In this document: positions 51,476-61,705 of the stretch, piece after piece
Position numbering within the stretch: the stretch's first letter is position 1
Layout: each line of letters begins with the position of its first letter
Source of the DNA: Acidobacteriota bacterium
GTDB lineage: Bacteria; Acidobacteriota; UBA6911; RPQK01; JAJDTT01
Reading direction: 5' to 3'
NCBI GenBank assembly: GCA_965116695.1
Contig: OZ220706.1
Location: 3,024,283-3,088,282 of the forward strand
DNA: 64,000 nucleotides
Position numbers and translations under genes: made by a program
Notes under the pieces: generated by a model
Database searches by the model: none
The model's input: the letters and a program-made list of their open reading frames with translations, nothing else
Told to the model about the DNA's origin: nothing

Positions 51476-52588
51476 ATGGACCGGCAGACCATACTCGACA
51501 CCAAGGAACTCGAGATCAACATGGGTCCCCAGCACCCGTCCACCCACGGCGTGCTGCGTGTCCGGCTCAAGCTGGACGGAGAACGGGTGGTGGACGCCGA
51601 GAGCATCATCGGCTATCTCCACCGGGGGGTGGAGAAGATCGCCGAGAACCGCAACTACATCAAGTGCGTTCCCTACTTCGACCGGACCGACTACATCGCC
51701 GCGGTGTCCAACGTCTACGGCTACGTGCTGGGAGTGGAGAAGCTGCTGGGCATCGAGGTTCCGGAGCGGGCCCGCCGCATTCGGATCATGATGACCGAGT
51801 TCAACCGGATCGCGAGCCATCTGCTCTGGTTGGCCACCCATGCCATCGACATCGGCGCCATGACCGTCTTCCTCTACTGCTTCCGGGAGCGGGAGGAGGT
51901 CCTCAAACTGTTCGAGGCGATCTTCGGCGCGCGTCTGACCACCCACGCCTTCCGGCTGGGAGGATTGTGGTTGGACATGCCTCCAGGTTTCGAGGCGGCG
52001 TGCCGAAAGTTCATCGACGAGTTTCCGAAGCGCGTCGACGAGTACGAGCAGCTCCTCACCCGGAATCGGATCTGGCTGGAGCGCACCAAGGGGGTCGGCG
52101 TCATTTCGGCTGAAGAGGCCATCGACTGGGGGCTGAGCGGCCCCCCGCTACGGGGCTCCGGAGTCGACCACGACGTGCGCAAGCTCCGGCCCTATGGCGG
52201 GTACGAGCAGTTCCAGTTCGACGTGCCCATGGGGAAGCACGGCGATACCTACGACCGCTACCTGATCCGGCTCGAAGAGATGCGCCAGAGCCGCAGAATC
52301 ATCGCCCAGATCCTGGACGACCTGCCCGACGGCCCGATTCAAGGCCGGGCTCCCAAGATTCCCAAGCCGGCCGTCGGCGAGTACTACTCGGCCATCGAGA
52401 GCCCCAGGGGCGAGTTGGGATACTACATCGTCAGTGACGGATCGCCGCAACCGTTCCGGCTCCGCATCCGCCCACCCACGTTCATCAGTCTCCAGGCGTT
52501 GCGGAGGCTGGTGCGCGGACACCTGGTGGCGGACGTGGTAGCCATCATCGGAACGCTGGACATCGTGCTGGGGGAGATCGACCGCTAA
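51476..52588 (+). CDS. nuoD: NADH-quinone oxidoreductase subunit D
   Basis: NMGPQHPSTHGVLR, GYLHRG.EK, E..RIASHL, GP.LR.SG, E.PRGE, D.V.GEIDR. Confidence 0.98.
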   Translation: MDRQTILDTKELEINMGPQHPSTHGVLRVRLKLDGERVVDAESIIGYLHRGVEKIAENRNYIKCVPYFDRTDYIAAVSNVYGYVLGVEKLLGIEVPERARRIRIMMTEFNRIASHLLWLATHAIDIGAMTVFLYCFREREEVLKLFEAIFGARLTTHAFRLGGLWLDMPPGFEAACRKFIDEFPKRVDEYEQLLTRNRIWLERTKGVGVISAEEAIDWGLSGPPLRGSGVDHDVRKLRPYGGYEQFQFDVPMGKHGDTYDRYLIRLEEMRQSRRIIAQILDDLPDGPIQGRAPKIPKPAVGEYYSAIESPRGELGYYIVSDGSPQPFRLRIRPPTFISLQALRRLVRGHLVADVVAIIGTLDIVLGEIDR

Positions 52589-53688
52589 TGGCCGAGTGGA
52601 TCATCGTCTACGGAATCATACCGTTCGCCAAGGTCGCGGTGATCGTGCTGGTTCTTTCCGGCGCCGTCGCCTACATGACCCTGCTCGAGCGCAAGGTGAT
52701 CGCCCATATCCAGGTGCGGCTGGGACCCATGCGGGTGGGTTGGCACGGATTGCTTCAACCCATCGCCGACGGGCTGAAGTTCATCCTCAAGGAAGACATC
52801 GTGCCGGCCCGGTCGGACAAGCTGATCTTCACCCTGGCTCCGGCCATCAGCCTGGTCCCCGCCTTCGTTGTGTTCGCCGTCATTCCCTTCGGTCCTCCCG
52901 GCATGATGGAGGACCTGCTGCGCTCGGTGCTGAGTCCTTTTCTGGACGCGGCCGCCGTGGAGTCCATCGCGACCCACTCGGCCGCTTCGGGAGGATTCGT
53001 CACCGACATCAACATCGCGCTGCTTTTCGTGCTCTCCATTTCCTCGGTGGGAATCCTGGGAGTCATCCTGGGAGGGTGGGCCTCCAACAGCAAATATCCG
53101 CTGCTGGGGGCGCTTCGGTCCAGCGCCCAGATGATCAGCTACGAAGTGGCCCTGGGTTTCTCCGTAATCGGTGTCCTGCTGGTGACCCAGTCACTGAGCC
53201 TGGTCCAGATCGTGGAGAATCAGCGGGAGGCCGAGGTCTGGTACATCTTCTACCAGCCCCTGGCCTTCGTCCTGTTCTTCATCTGCGGCATGGCCGAAAC
53301 CAACCGGCTGCCCTTCGACCTGCCCGAGGCCGAAACCGAGCTGGTGGGCGGTTTCCATACCGAATACAGCGGCTTCCGCTTCTCACTTTTCTTCATCGCC
53401 GAATACGCCGCCATGGTCACGGTCAGCGCGGTGGCGGTGACCCTGTTCCTGGGAGGTTGGCTGAGGCCGTTTCCCAACGTGGAGTGGCTCTCGTTCCTGG
53501 ACGTGATCCCTCCGCTGTTGTGGTTCGTGATCAAGGTGTTCCTGCTGCTTTACGTCTTCATCTGGATCCGGGGAACGCTTCCCCGATACCGCTTCGACCA
53601 GTTGATGCGGTACGGCTGGAAGCTCTTTCTCCCGCTGGCCCTGGCCAACGTGATCGTCACGGCGGGAGTGGTGCTGGCGTTCATGTAG
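52588..53688 (+). CDS. nuoH: NADH-quinone oxidoreductase subunit H
   Basis: ERK......R.GP, GLLQP.ADGLK...KE, GWASNSKY, AETNR.PFDLPEAE.ELV.G..TEYSG. Confidence 0.98.
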   Translation: MAEWIIVYGIIPFAKVAVIVLVLSGAVAYMTLLERKVIAHIQVRLGPMRVGWHGLLQPIADGLKFILKEDIVPARSDKLIFTLAPAISLVPAFVVFAVIPFGPPGMMEDLLRSVLSPFLDAAAVESIATHSAASGGFVTDINIALLFVLSISSVGILGVILGGWASNSKYPLLGALRSSAQMISYEVALGFSVIGVLLVTQSLSLVQIVENQREAEVWYIFYQPLAFVLFFICGMAETNRLPFDLPEAETELVGGFHTEYSGFRFSLFFIAEYAAMVTVSAVAVTLFLGGWLRPFPNVEWLSFLDVIPPLLWFVIKVFLLLYVFIWIRGTLPRYRFDQLMRYGWKLFLPLALANVIVTAGVVLAFM

Positions 53689-53746
53689 ACTACGCCACTA
53701 CGGGTTTGTAAATTGACGGATCGAACGAGAACCAGGCGGATCAACA

Positions 53747-54208
53747 ATGATTGAATTCCTGCGCCGCATGCTCTTCTGGGACATCGTGAAGGGTCTGGCC
53801 GTGACCTTTCGCTACACCTATACCAAGGTGTACACGGAACAGTATCCGACCGAGAAGCCCAAGCTGGCGGAGCGCTACAAGGGAGCTCCGCGCCTGAACA
53901 ACGATCCGGAAACGGGTGAGACCCTCTGCATCGCCTGCGACCTGTGCGCCCTGATCTGTCCGGAAGACCTGATCGTCGTCGGCTCCACCAGGGATCCGGA
54001 GAGCCGCAAGAAGGTGCTGACGCACTACACGTTCGACACTTCCCGCTGCCTGTTCTGCGGGCTCTGCCAGGAAGTGTGTCCCACCAACGCCGTCGAGCTG
54101 ACCCAGGACTTCGAGCTGGCGGCGTACGACCGCAGGGACATGGTGTGGAACCGGGAGCGCCTGGAGAAGTGTTGGGACCGCATCGATTTCGGGAAGAATT
54201 ACAACTGA
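53747..54208 (+). CDS. nuoI: NADH-quinone oxidoreductase subunit I
   Basis: T.QYP, CIACDLCALICP and CLFCGLCQEVCP (two [4Fe-4S] motifs). Confidence 0.97.
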   Translation: MIEFLRRMLFWDIVKGLAVTFRYTYTKVYTEQYPTEKPKLAERYKGAPRLNNDPETGETLCIACDLCALICPEDLIVVGSTRDPESRKKVLTHYTFDTSRCLFCGLCQEVCPTNAVELTQDFELAAYDRRDMVWNRERLEKCWDRIDFGKNYN

Positions 54209-54214
54209 TCGAGC

Positions 54215-54727
54215 ATGGAAACCTATCTCTTCTACACCCTGGCGCTGATCCTGGTGACGTTTTCCATTCTCACCGTGACCGCGCGGAACCCGGTGCGGAG
54301 CGCCGTCTACCTGGTTTCGGCGCTGCTGGCGGTGGCGGGGTTCTTCTTCCTCCTGGAGGCGGAGTTCGTGGGCGCCGTCCAGGTGCTGGTCTACGTAGGC
54401 GGCATCATGGTGCTCTTTCTCTTCGTCATCATGCTGGTCAGCATCGAGTCTCTGGAACGGCAGCCCAAGGTGAGCCGTCAGTGGCGGACCGGCCTGGTCC
54501 TGGCCGTGGTCCTCTGCCTGGAATTGAGCCTCCTCATCTTCCGGGGAACCGTTTCTCTGGAGGAGGGGATGGCTGAATCGGGGATCATCGCCACGACCGA
54601 TACCATGAACACGGAAGCCGTCGGGACGGTTCTCTACAGCACCTACCTGCTTCCCTTCGAGATTGCCTCGGTCCTGCTTCTGGTGGCCATTGTGGGCGCC
54701 GTGGTACTGGCCAAGAAGGAGATCTGA
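54215..54727 (+). CDS. nuoJ: NADH-quinone oxidoreductase subunit J
   Basis: NPV.SA, AEF....[29 protein letters not shown]. Confidence 0.96.
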   Translation: METYLFYTLALILVTFSILTVTARNPVRSAVYLVSALLAVAGFFFLLEAEFVGAVQVLVYVGGIMVLFLFVIMLVSIESLERQPKVSRQWRTGLVLAVVLCLELSLLIFRGTVSLEEGMAESGIIATTDTMNTEAVGTVLYSTYLLPFEIASVLLLVAIVGAVVLAKKEI

Positions 54728-54747
54728 ACCGGCGCGGAGAGTCCAGG

Positions 54748-55050
54748 ATGATCGGACCCAACCACTACCTCTTCCTGAGCGCCATCGTCTTCACCATCGG
54801 CGCCGTGGGAGTGCTGACCCGGCGCAACGTCATCATCATCTTCATGTCCATCGAGCTCATGCTCAACGCCGTGAATCTGAACCTGATCGCCTTCTCCGCC
54901 CACTTGCAGGATCTGGCGGGCCAGGTCTTCGTCGTCTTCGTCATTACCGTCGCCGCGGCCGAGGCGGCAGTCGGACTGGGCATCGTGATCGCCCTGTTCC
55001 GCAACCGGGAAACCGTCAACATGGATGAGATCGACCTCATGAGAGGCTGA
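54748..55050 (+). CDS. nuoK: NADH-quinone oxidoreductase subunit K
   Basis: RRN......[12 protein letters not shown]......[10 protein letters not shown]. Confidence 0.97.
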   Translation: MIGPNHYLFLSAIVFTIGAVGVLTRRNVIIIFMSIELMLNAVNLNLIAFSAHLQDLAGQVFVVFVITVAAAEAAVGLGIVIALFRNRETVNMDEIDLMRG

Positions 55051-55065
55051 GCCGGAGTTCATTTC

Positions 55066-57129
55066 ATGCTGAACTACATTTGGCTCATTCCCCTTTGTCC
55101 CCTGGCCGGATTCCTGATCAACGGCCTGTGGGGACTCTGGTGCGTCAGCCGGACCGGCCGCCGGCCCAACAAGAGTTTCGTGTCCGTGGTCGCGTGCGGC
55201 TCGGTGCTGCTGGCGTTCCTGATCTCGCTGGGATCTTTCGCCGGCCTGCTGGAGCTGGACCCGGAGAACCGGATCCACGAAGTGAACCTCTTCAACTGGA
55301 TTCCGGGCCTGATGGTCCGGACCGCCTCCGGCGAGCTGGCCCAGTTCCAGGTCAACTGGGGTTTCCAACTGGATCCGCTTTCGGCCGTCATGATCCTGGT
55401 GGTCACGGGAATCGGATTCCTGATCCACCTCTACTCCATCGGGTACATGTACGAAGAAGACGGCTTCCACCGCTTCTTCGCCTACATGAACCTGTTCATG
55501 TTCATGATGCTCACCCTGGTCCTGGCCAACAATTTCCTCCTCATGTTCGTGGGCTGGGAAGGAGTGGGCCTCTGCTCCTATCTGCTCATCGGCTACTACA
55601 TGGAGAAGAGGAGCGCCGGGGACGCCGCCAAGAAGGCCTTCGTGGTCAACCGGATCGGCGACTACGGCTTCATCCTGGGGATGCTGCTGCTCTTCGCCTG
55701 GTTCGGAACCCTGGACTTCACCGATCTCTTTTCCCGGATCGCCACTCTGGTTCCGGAGCCCGAAGCTGCCTGGGGACCGTTGAGCTGGGCGGCGCTGCTG
55801 CTCTTCATCGGCGCCACCGGAAAGAGCGCCCAGATTCCCCTCTACACCTGGCTCCCCGACGCCATGGAGGGTCCGACTCCCGTCAGCGCGCTGATCCACG
55901 CCGCCACCATGGTCACCGCCGGCGTCTACATGGTGGCCCGGTCGGCGGCCATCTACAGCCGGGCGCCCGAGGTGATGCTGATCGTGGCGGTGGTGGGAAT
56001 CGTGACCGCCGTATTGGCCGCCTGCATCGCCCTGTTTCAGCGGGACATCAAGCGGGTTCTGGCCTATTCCACGGTGAGCCAGCTCGGCTACATGGTGACC
56101 GCCCTGGGCGTCGGCGCCGTCACCGCCGGGATCTTCCACCTCATGACCCACGCCTTCTTCAAGGCTCTCCTCTTCCTGGGTTCGGGAAGCGTCATTCTGG
56201 GCATGCACCACGAACAGGACATGATGAAGATGGGCGGCCTGAGGAAGTACATGCCCACCACCTGGTGGACCATGGGGGTGGGGACCCTGGCCATCGCCGG
56301 CACACCCCTCCTGTCCGGCTTCTTCTCCAAGGACGAGATCCTGTGGCGCGCTTACAGCCTGCCGGGAGGCAGCCCCGTCATCTGGGGCGTCGGCGTCCTG
56401 GTGGCGGGCATGACCGCCTTCTACATGTTCCGCATGATGTTCCTGACCTTCCACGGAGAGGAACGCTATGACCACCATTCGGGCCATGCGCCGCACGAGT
56501 CGCCGCGGGTGATGACCGTGCCCCTCATGGTGCTGGCCGCCGGGTCGGTGCTGGCGGGCTACGTGGGACTTCCGCCCTGGCTGGGCCCCAACGTATTCGA
56601 GCACTTCCTGGAGCCGGCCCTGGCCACCGCCTGGCAGCCCGAGGCGGGGGCCCACCATTCCCACCTGGAGGAGATCCTCCTGGCGGCGGTTTCGGTGGCG
56701 GTGGCCGGATGCGGCGTGTTCCTGGCCTACCACTTCTTCCTCGCCCGGCCCGAGAAGGCGGGGCAGTTGCGGGAACGGTTCCAGGGCGTCTACCGGGTCG
56801 TCTACAACAAGTTCTACGTGGATGAGGCCTACGACGCTCTCTTTGTGAACCGGTGCAAGGGCCTGGGAACCTGGCTCAGCACCTTCGATCTCAAGGTGGT
56901 GGACGGACTGGTGAACGGAAGCGCCGCCGCCACCCGCATCTCAGCCTGGATTTCGGGCCAGGCGGACATCCACATCGTGGACCGGCTGGTGAACCTGACG
57001 GCGGAGATCGTGGAGTTCTTCAGCTCCGTCTTCCGGCGGCTGCAGACCGGTCTGGTTCAACGCTACATCGCATTTTTCGTCTTGGGGCTGGTGCTCATCA
57101 TCGGCTGCTATCTCTACCTCGGAGCATAG
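55066..57129 (+). CDS. nuoL: NADH-quinone oxidoreductase subunit L
   Basis: GWEGVGLCSYLLIG, NRIGD, GKSAQ.PL..WLPDAMEGPTPVSALIHAATMV, THAFFKALLFL. Confidence 0.98.
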   Translation: MLNYIWLIPLCPLAGFLINGLWGLWCVSRTGRRPNKSFVSVVACGSVLLAFLISLGSFAGLLELDPENRIHEVNLFNWIPGLMVRTASGELAQFQVNWGFQLDPLSAVMILVVTGIGFLIHLYSIGYMYEEDGFHRFFAYMNLFMFMMLTLVLANNFLLMFVGWEGVGLCSYLLIGYYMEKRSAGDAAKKAFVVNRIGDYGFILGMLLLFAWFGTLDFTDLFSRIATLVPEPEAAWGPLSWAALLLFIGATGKSAQIPLYTWLPDAMEGPTPVSALIHAATMVTAGVYMVARSAAIYSRAPEVMLIVAVVGIVTAVLAACIALFQRDIKRVLAYSTVSQLGYMVTALGVGAVTAGIFHLMTHAFFKALLFLGSGSVILGMHHEQDMMKMGGLRKYMPTTWWTMGVGTLAIAGTPLLSGFFSKDEILWRAYSLPGGSPVIWGVGVLVAGMTAFYMFRMMFLTFHGEERYDHHSGHAPHESPRVMTVPLMVLAAGSVLAGYVGLPPWLGPNVFEHFLEPALATAWQPEAGAHHSHLEEILLAAVSVAVAGCGVFLAYHFFLARPEKAGQLRERFQGVYRVVYNKFYVDEAYDALFVNRCKGLGTWLSTFDLKVVDGLVNGSAAATRISAWISGQADIHIVDRLVNLTAEIVEFFSSVFRRLQTGLVQRYIAFFVLGLVLIIGCYLYLGA

Positions 57130-57133
57130 TCCT

Positions 57134-58693
57134 ATGGGCTTTTTCATGACCAACATCCTGACCATCGTCTGCTTCTTCCCGCTCGTGGGCGTGCTGATCA
57201 TCCTGCTCTGGCCCAAGGGGAAGGAGCACGAGACCGAGGTCAAGTGGATCGCCAATATCGTCGCCTTTCTGGGATTCCTGGTCTCCATCCCCCTGATCAC
57301 CCATTTCAACCGGCCCGAGTACATCGACGCGAGCGGGATGCGATACGTCTTCAAGGCTCCGTGGATCGAGTCGCTCGGCGTCCAGTATTTCTTCGGGATC
57401 GACGGCATCAGCCTCCTGCTGATCCTGCTGACCACCCTGCTCGGATCGATCTCCATTCTCTCGTCGTGGAACGCCATCACCACCCGGGTCCGGGAGTACT
57501 ACTGCTACTTCCTGATCCTGCAGACCGGGATGCTGGGCGTCTTCATGGCCCTGGACTTCTTCCTCTTCTACGTCTTCTGGGAAGTCATGCTGGTGCCCAT
57601 GTACTTCATCATCGGCATCTGGGGCGGTCCCAGGAAGCTTTACGCCGCCATCAAGTTCTTCCTCTACACGCTGCTGGGATCGGTCCTGCTCCTGCTGGGA
57701 ATCCTGGCCCTCTACTTTCACCAGTACGCCGTCAAGGGCGTCTGGTCCTTCGACGTCCTGGCCTTCCAGGAACTGGGCATCCCGCCCGATCTCCAGTACT
57801 GGATCTTCCTGGCCATGTTCGTCGGGTTCGCCATCAAGGTTCCGCTGTTTCCCTTCCATACCTGGCTCCCGGACGCCCACGTCGAGGCTCCGACGGCCGG
57901 CTCGGTCATCCTGGCCGGGGTGCTCCTCAAGATGGGCACCTATGGTTTCGTCCGCTTCAGCCTTCCCATCCTGCCCGACGCCACCATGGAGTTTCTGCCC
58001 TGGATGATGGCCATCTCCGTGATCGGAATCATCTACGGAGCGCTGGTGGCCATGATGCAGAAGGACATCAAGAAACTGGTGGCCTACTCCTCCGTCAGCC
58101 ACCTGGGCTTCTGCATGCTTGGGGTCTTCATCGTGACTCCGGTGGCGCTGGAGGGAGGCATCCTCCAGATGATCAACCATGGGATCTCCACCGGAGCCCT
58201 CTTCCTGATCGTGGGGATCATCTACGAGCGCCGGCACACCCGCATGATCAGCGACTACAGCGGCCTGTCCCACGTCATGCCGGTGTACGCCGTCGTCTTT
58301 CTGATCATGACCCTCTCCTCCATCGGCATGCCCACGCTCAACGGATTCATCGGAGAGTTCATGGTGCTGCAGGGGGTCTTCGCCGATCCCGACTACAAGC
58401 TCTGGGCCGTTTTCGGAGCCACCGGCATCGTGCTGGGGGCGGCCTACATGCTCTGGCTCTACCAGCGGGTGATGTTCGGAACCATCAAGCAGGAAGAGAA
58501 CCGCAAGCTTCCGGACCTGACCCCCCGGGAACTGGCGACCTTCGTGCCCCTCATCATTCTGGCCTTCTGGATCGGTCTCTACCCGAGCCCGTTCCTGTCC
58601 TACCTGCACGAGCCCGTCAATCAGATCGTGGAGAAGGTGAGGCCCGGGGAATTCCAGCCCCGCTCCATGCAGGCCCGGATCGGAGACCGATAG
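57134..58693 (+). CDS. nuoM: NADH-quinone oxidoreductase subunit M
   Basis: DGIS, FWEVML.PMY, AIKVP.FP.HTWLPDAH.EAPT.GS..LAG.LLKMG, AYSS.SH.G. Confidence 0.98.
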   Translation: MGFFMTNILTIVCFFPLVGVLIILLWPKGKEHETEVKWIANIVAFLGFLVSIPLITHFNRPEYIDASGMRYVFKAPWIESLGVQYFFGIDGISLLLILLTTLLGSISILSSWNAITTRVREYYCYFLILQTGMLGVFMALDFFLFYVFWEVMLVPMYFIIGIWGGPRKLYAAIKFFLYTLLGSVLLLLGILALYFHQYAVKGVWSFDVLAFQELGIPPDLQYWIFLAMFVGFAIKVPLFPFHTWLPDAHVEAPTAGSVILAGVLLKMGTYGFVRFSLPILPDATMEFLPWMMAISVIGIIYGALVAMMQKDIKKLVAYSSVSHLGFCMLGVFIVTPVALEGGILQMINHGISTGALFLIVGIIYERRHTRMISDYSGLSHVMPVYAVVFLIMTLSSIGMPTLNGFIGEFMVLQGVFADPDYKLWAVFGATGIVLGAAYMLWLYQRVMFGTIKQEENRKLPDLTPRELATFVPLIILAFWIGLYPSPFLSYLHEPVNQIVEKVRPGEFQPRSMQARIGDR

Positions 58694-60223
58694 ATGCCCG
58701 AAATACCGGCGGCCGGGGAACTATTCGGTTTCCTCAAATTGAATGCCCGGGCCATCGCACCTCAACTGCATCTGATCGTCTGGGGGCTGGGACTCCTCTG
58801 CATCGACTTCATCCTGCCCGGGCGGGGAACCCGGATCCTGGGATTCCGCGGAAAGTCCTTGTCGGTGTTGTTCGCCCTGGCCGGGCTGCTGGTGGCCTCA
58901 CTTCAGCTCTGGCGCCTTTGGGGCACCGGGAACGGTGAAGCCTTCTACAACATGGTGGCCCACGATGCCTTCTCCGAGGTCTTCGGAATCCTCTTCCTGG
59001 TCTCGGCCATTCTGGCGGTCGCCCTTTCGTACCGGCATCTGGACATCGAGGACGCTCAACACAGCGAGTACTACGCCATCCTCCTCTTCGCCACGTCCGG
59101 CATGATGTTCATGGCCGGGGCCATCGACCTGGTCACCATCTTCGTGGGCCTGGAGCTGATGTCCGTTTCGACCTACATCCTGGTCGGCTTTCTGCGCCGT
59201 CAGCGCCGCTCCAACGAGGCCTCCATGAAATACTTCCTCATGGGAGCCTTCTCCACTGCCATCATCCTTTACGGGATGTCCCTGCTCTACGGGATCAGCG
59301 GCAGCACCAATCTGAACGTCATCGCCCGGGAGGCGGCCCAGCGGGAGGACAACACCCTGTTGATCCTGGCCCTCTTCCTGATGCTGGCCGGCCTCTGCTT
59401 CAAGGTCGCGGCCGTCCCCTTCCACATGTGGGCACCCGATGCGTACGAGGGTGCGCCCACCGGCATCACCGCCTTCATGTCCGTGGCGGTCAAAGGCGCC
59501 GCTTTCGCCGTCTTCCTGCGCATCTTCTACGTGACCTTCCATGATTTCCACGACCTGTACATGGGGGTCCTGGCCATCATTGCCATGGCGACCATGACCT
59601 GGGGCAACGTGGCGGCGGTCACGCAGCAGAACGTCAAGCGGCTGCTAGCCTATTCCAGCATCTCCCATGCCGGGTTCGTTCTGATGGGACTCGTGGTGGG
59701 CACCCAGCAGGGAATCTCGGCGGCGGTGGTGTACCTGTTCGCCTACACCTTCATGAACCTCGGCGCCTGGGCCATCGTCATCCTGCTGCGGCGCCGCGAC
59801 GTGATCGGGGAATCGATCGAGGACTTCAACGGCCTCTATTTCAAGCATCCCGGCCTGGCCATACTGAATCTCATCTTCTTCCTGTCCCTGGCGGGAATTC
59901 CCCCGCTGGCCGGATTCATCGCCAAGTACGCGGTGTTCGCGGCGGTGATCGAATCGGCCCTGGGAACCGGCCAGGCCCATGGGCAACTGCTTATTTGGCT
60001 GGCCGTGGTGGCGGCCCTCAATGCGGTGGTCTCCCTCTTCTACTACCTGCGGATCGTGGTGGCCATGTTCATCGAGAGGGAGTCGCTCCCGGTCCCGTTG
60101 AGCTTTTCCGTGGGAGTCTGGTTCGTCCTCCTGGTCACGGGGTTCTTTACCATCGCCATGGGGATCTATCCGGATCCTTTCTTCCACCTGGCCCGAGTCG
60201 CCAGCCTTCCGCTGATCTTCTGA
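58694..60223 (+). CDS. nuoN: NADH-quinone oxidoreductase subunit N
   Basis: LE..S...Y, EA..KYF..G, FKVAAVPFH.WAPD.YEGAPT, KRLLAYSSI.HAG, SLAGIPP..GF..K. Confidence 0.98.
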   Translation: MPEIPAAGELFGFLKLNARAIAPQLHLIVWGLGLLCIDFILPGRGTRILGFRGKSLSVLFALAGLLVASLQLWRLWGTGNGEAFYNMVAHDAFSEVFGILFLVSAILAVALSYRHLDIEDAQHSEYYAILLFATSGMMFMAGAIDLVTIFVGLELMSVSTYILVGFLRRQRRSNEASMKYFLMGAFSTAIILYGMSLLYGISGSTNLNVIAREAAQREDNTLLILALFLMLAGLCFKVAAVPFHMWAPDAYEGAPTGITAFMSVAVKGAAFAVFLRIFYVTFHDFHDLYMGVLAIIAMATMTWGNVAAVTQQNVKRLLAYSSISHAGFVLMGLVVGTQQGISAAVVYLFAYTFMNLGAWAIVILLRRRDVIGESIEDFNGLYFKHPGLAILNLIFFLSLAGIPPLAGFIAKYAVFAAVIESALGTGQAHGQLLIWLAVVAALNAVVSLFYYLRIVVAMFIERESLPVPLSFSVGVWFVLLVTGFFTIAMGIYPDPFFHLARVASLPLIF

Positions 60224-60287
60224 CGGCGCCCGGCGACTCCTTCCGATTGCCCGGGAAGTCTGAGACGGAACAGGAAAGCGGAGAAAG

Positions 60288-60503
60288 TTGCGAAACGGCA
60301 AACGGGATAAGGGTGGCGCCTACGCCCAGGTGGCTCGATACAGCTCCATCATTTTTCTGCTCCCCTCGTGTCTTCTGGTCGGCTACCTGATCGGCCGCTT
60401 TCTGGACCGGCGCCTGGAATCCGATCCCTGGATCTCCATGGCGGGACTGCTGCTGGGGGGAGCCGCCGGGCTGGTCCGGGTCGTGAGAATGTTCAGCAGG
60501 TAA
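60288..60503 (+). CDS. AtpZ/AtpI-family small ATP synthase accessory protein
   Basis: G..IG..LD......PW....GLLLG..AG; first gene before the Fo genes. Confidence 0.8.
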   Translation: MRNGKRDKGGAYAQVARYSSIIFLLPSCLLVGYLIGRFLDRRLESDPWISMAGLLLGGAAGLVRVVRMFSR

Positions 60504-60506
60504 GGT

Positions 60507-60845
60507 GTGGAGCGCATTTCACGCAATGCCGCGATCCTCCTGATGGCGGTTTTCCTGGTCGGCGGATGGATTTACGGCTTCTGGATGGCCGTTTCCATCC
60601 TGGCCGGAGCACTGGCCGCCCTCGTCAATCTCAAGGTCCTGGACCGGTTGGCCGGCCGGCTGCTGCAACCGGACGGAAAGCCTTCCGCCCTGCGATTTCT
60701 GGCCCTGAACGGGGGCCGCATGGTCTTGATGGCGGGAGGGCTCTTTGCTATGATGCAAATTCCTTTTTTGAGTGTGCCGGGGGCGGTCCTGGGGCTTTCC
60801 GTACCCATCCTTTCAGGAATGTTGGAGGCGTTTTACAAATCCTGA
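60507..60845 (+). CDS. atpI: ATP synthase protein I-like (4 TM)
   Basis: Hydrophobic 112-aa ORF with G.....N motif directly upstream of atpB. Confidence 0.65.
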   Translation: MERISRNAAILLMAVFLVGGWIYGFWMAVSILAGALAALVNLKVLDRLAGRLLQPDGKPSALRFLALNGGRMVLMAGGLFAMMQIPFLSVPGAVLGLSVPILSGMLEAFYKS

Positions 60846-60913
60846 CCCGCACAGTTCACGCCTGATCCGGCGTGCACCCTCGGGACGGACGAACGACTGA
60901 AACAGGACCGGCA

Positions 60914-61651
60914 ATGGATCAACACCACGAGTTCCTTTCGGCGACTCTCTTCAACCGCTACATCGCCAATCCTCTGGCCGAGGCCCTGGGATTCCGGGTG
61001 GACCACGACGTCCTGCCGGCCCACCTGGTCATGGTCATCTTCGTCTGTCTCATCCTGACCGCGGTCGCCTTCCTGGTGAGGAGGCGCCTGAGCGTGGACG
61101 ATCCGGGCGCCGTCCAACAGATGCTGGAGGTTCTGTTCGAGGGACTGCTGGGGTTGATGAAGGAGATCATCGGACCTGATGCGCGCCGCTTCTTTCCCTT
61201 GATCGGGACGCTGTTCCTCTACATCCTGGCGGGGAATCTCCTGGGGCTCTTTCCCGGCTTCATGCCGCCCACGAGCAACATCAACATCACCGCCGCCTGC
61301 GGCATCACCGTCTTCCTCTACTACAACTACCATGGGTTCCGGGTTCACGGCTTCGTCAAGTACATGGCCCACTTCGCGGGTCCGTCACTGGCCATCGCCC
61401 CGGTCCTTTTCGTGATCGAGATCATCAGCCACCTGGCGCGGCCCTTCTCCCTCTCCGTCCGGCTCATGGGCAACATCTATGCCGAGGAGCTGATCGTCAC
61501 CAACCTGAACCAACTGTTTCCCTTTGTGATCTCGATGCCGGTGATGGCTCTGGGCCTTTTCGCCGGCACGCTACAGGCCTTCATCTTCTCCGTCTTGACC
61601 ATCGTCTACATCGCTGGTTCCGTGGAGCATGCACACGACGAAGAACACTGA
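60914..61651 (+). CDS. atpB: F0F1 ATP synthase subunit a
   Basis: NLLGL.PG..PPT, IE.IS...RP.SLSVRL.GN..A, LQAFIF..LT..YI. Confidence 0.96.
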   Translation: MDQHHEFLSATLFNRYIANPLAEALGFRVDHDVLPAHLVMVIFVCLILTAVAFLVRRRLSVDDPGAVQQMLEVLFEGLLGLMKEIIGPDARRFFPLIGTLFLYILAGNLLGLFPGFMPPTSNINITAACGITVFLYYNYHGFRVHGFVKYMAHFAGPSLAIAPVLFVIEIISHLARPFSLSVRLMGNIYAEELIVTNLNQLFPFVISMPVMALGLFAGTLQAFIFSVLTIVYIAGSVEHAHDEEH

Positions 61652-61705
61652 TTCGAACGCTCCATGCGACGGGCTCACACATCAAACTTTGGAAGGAGTT
61701 ATCTG

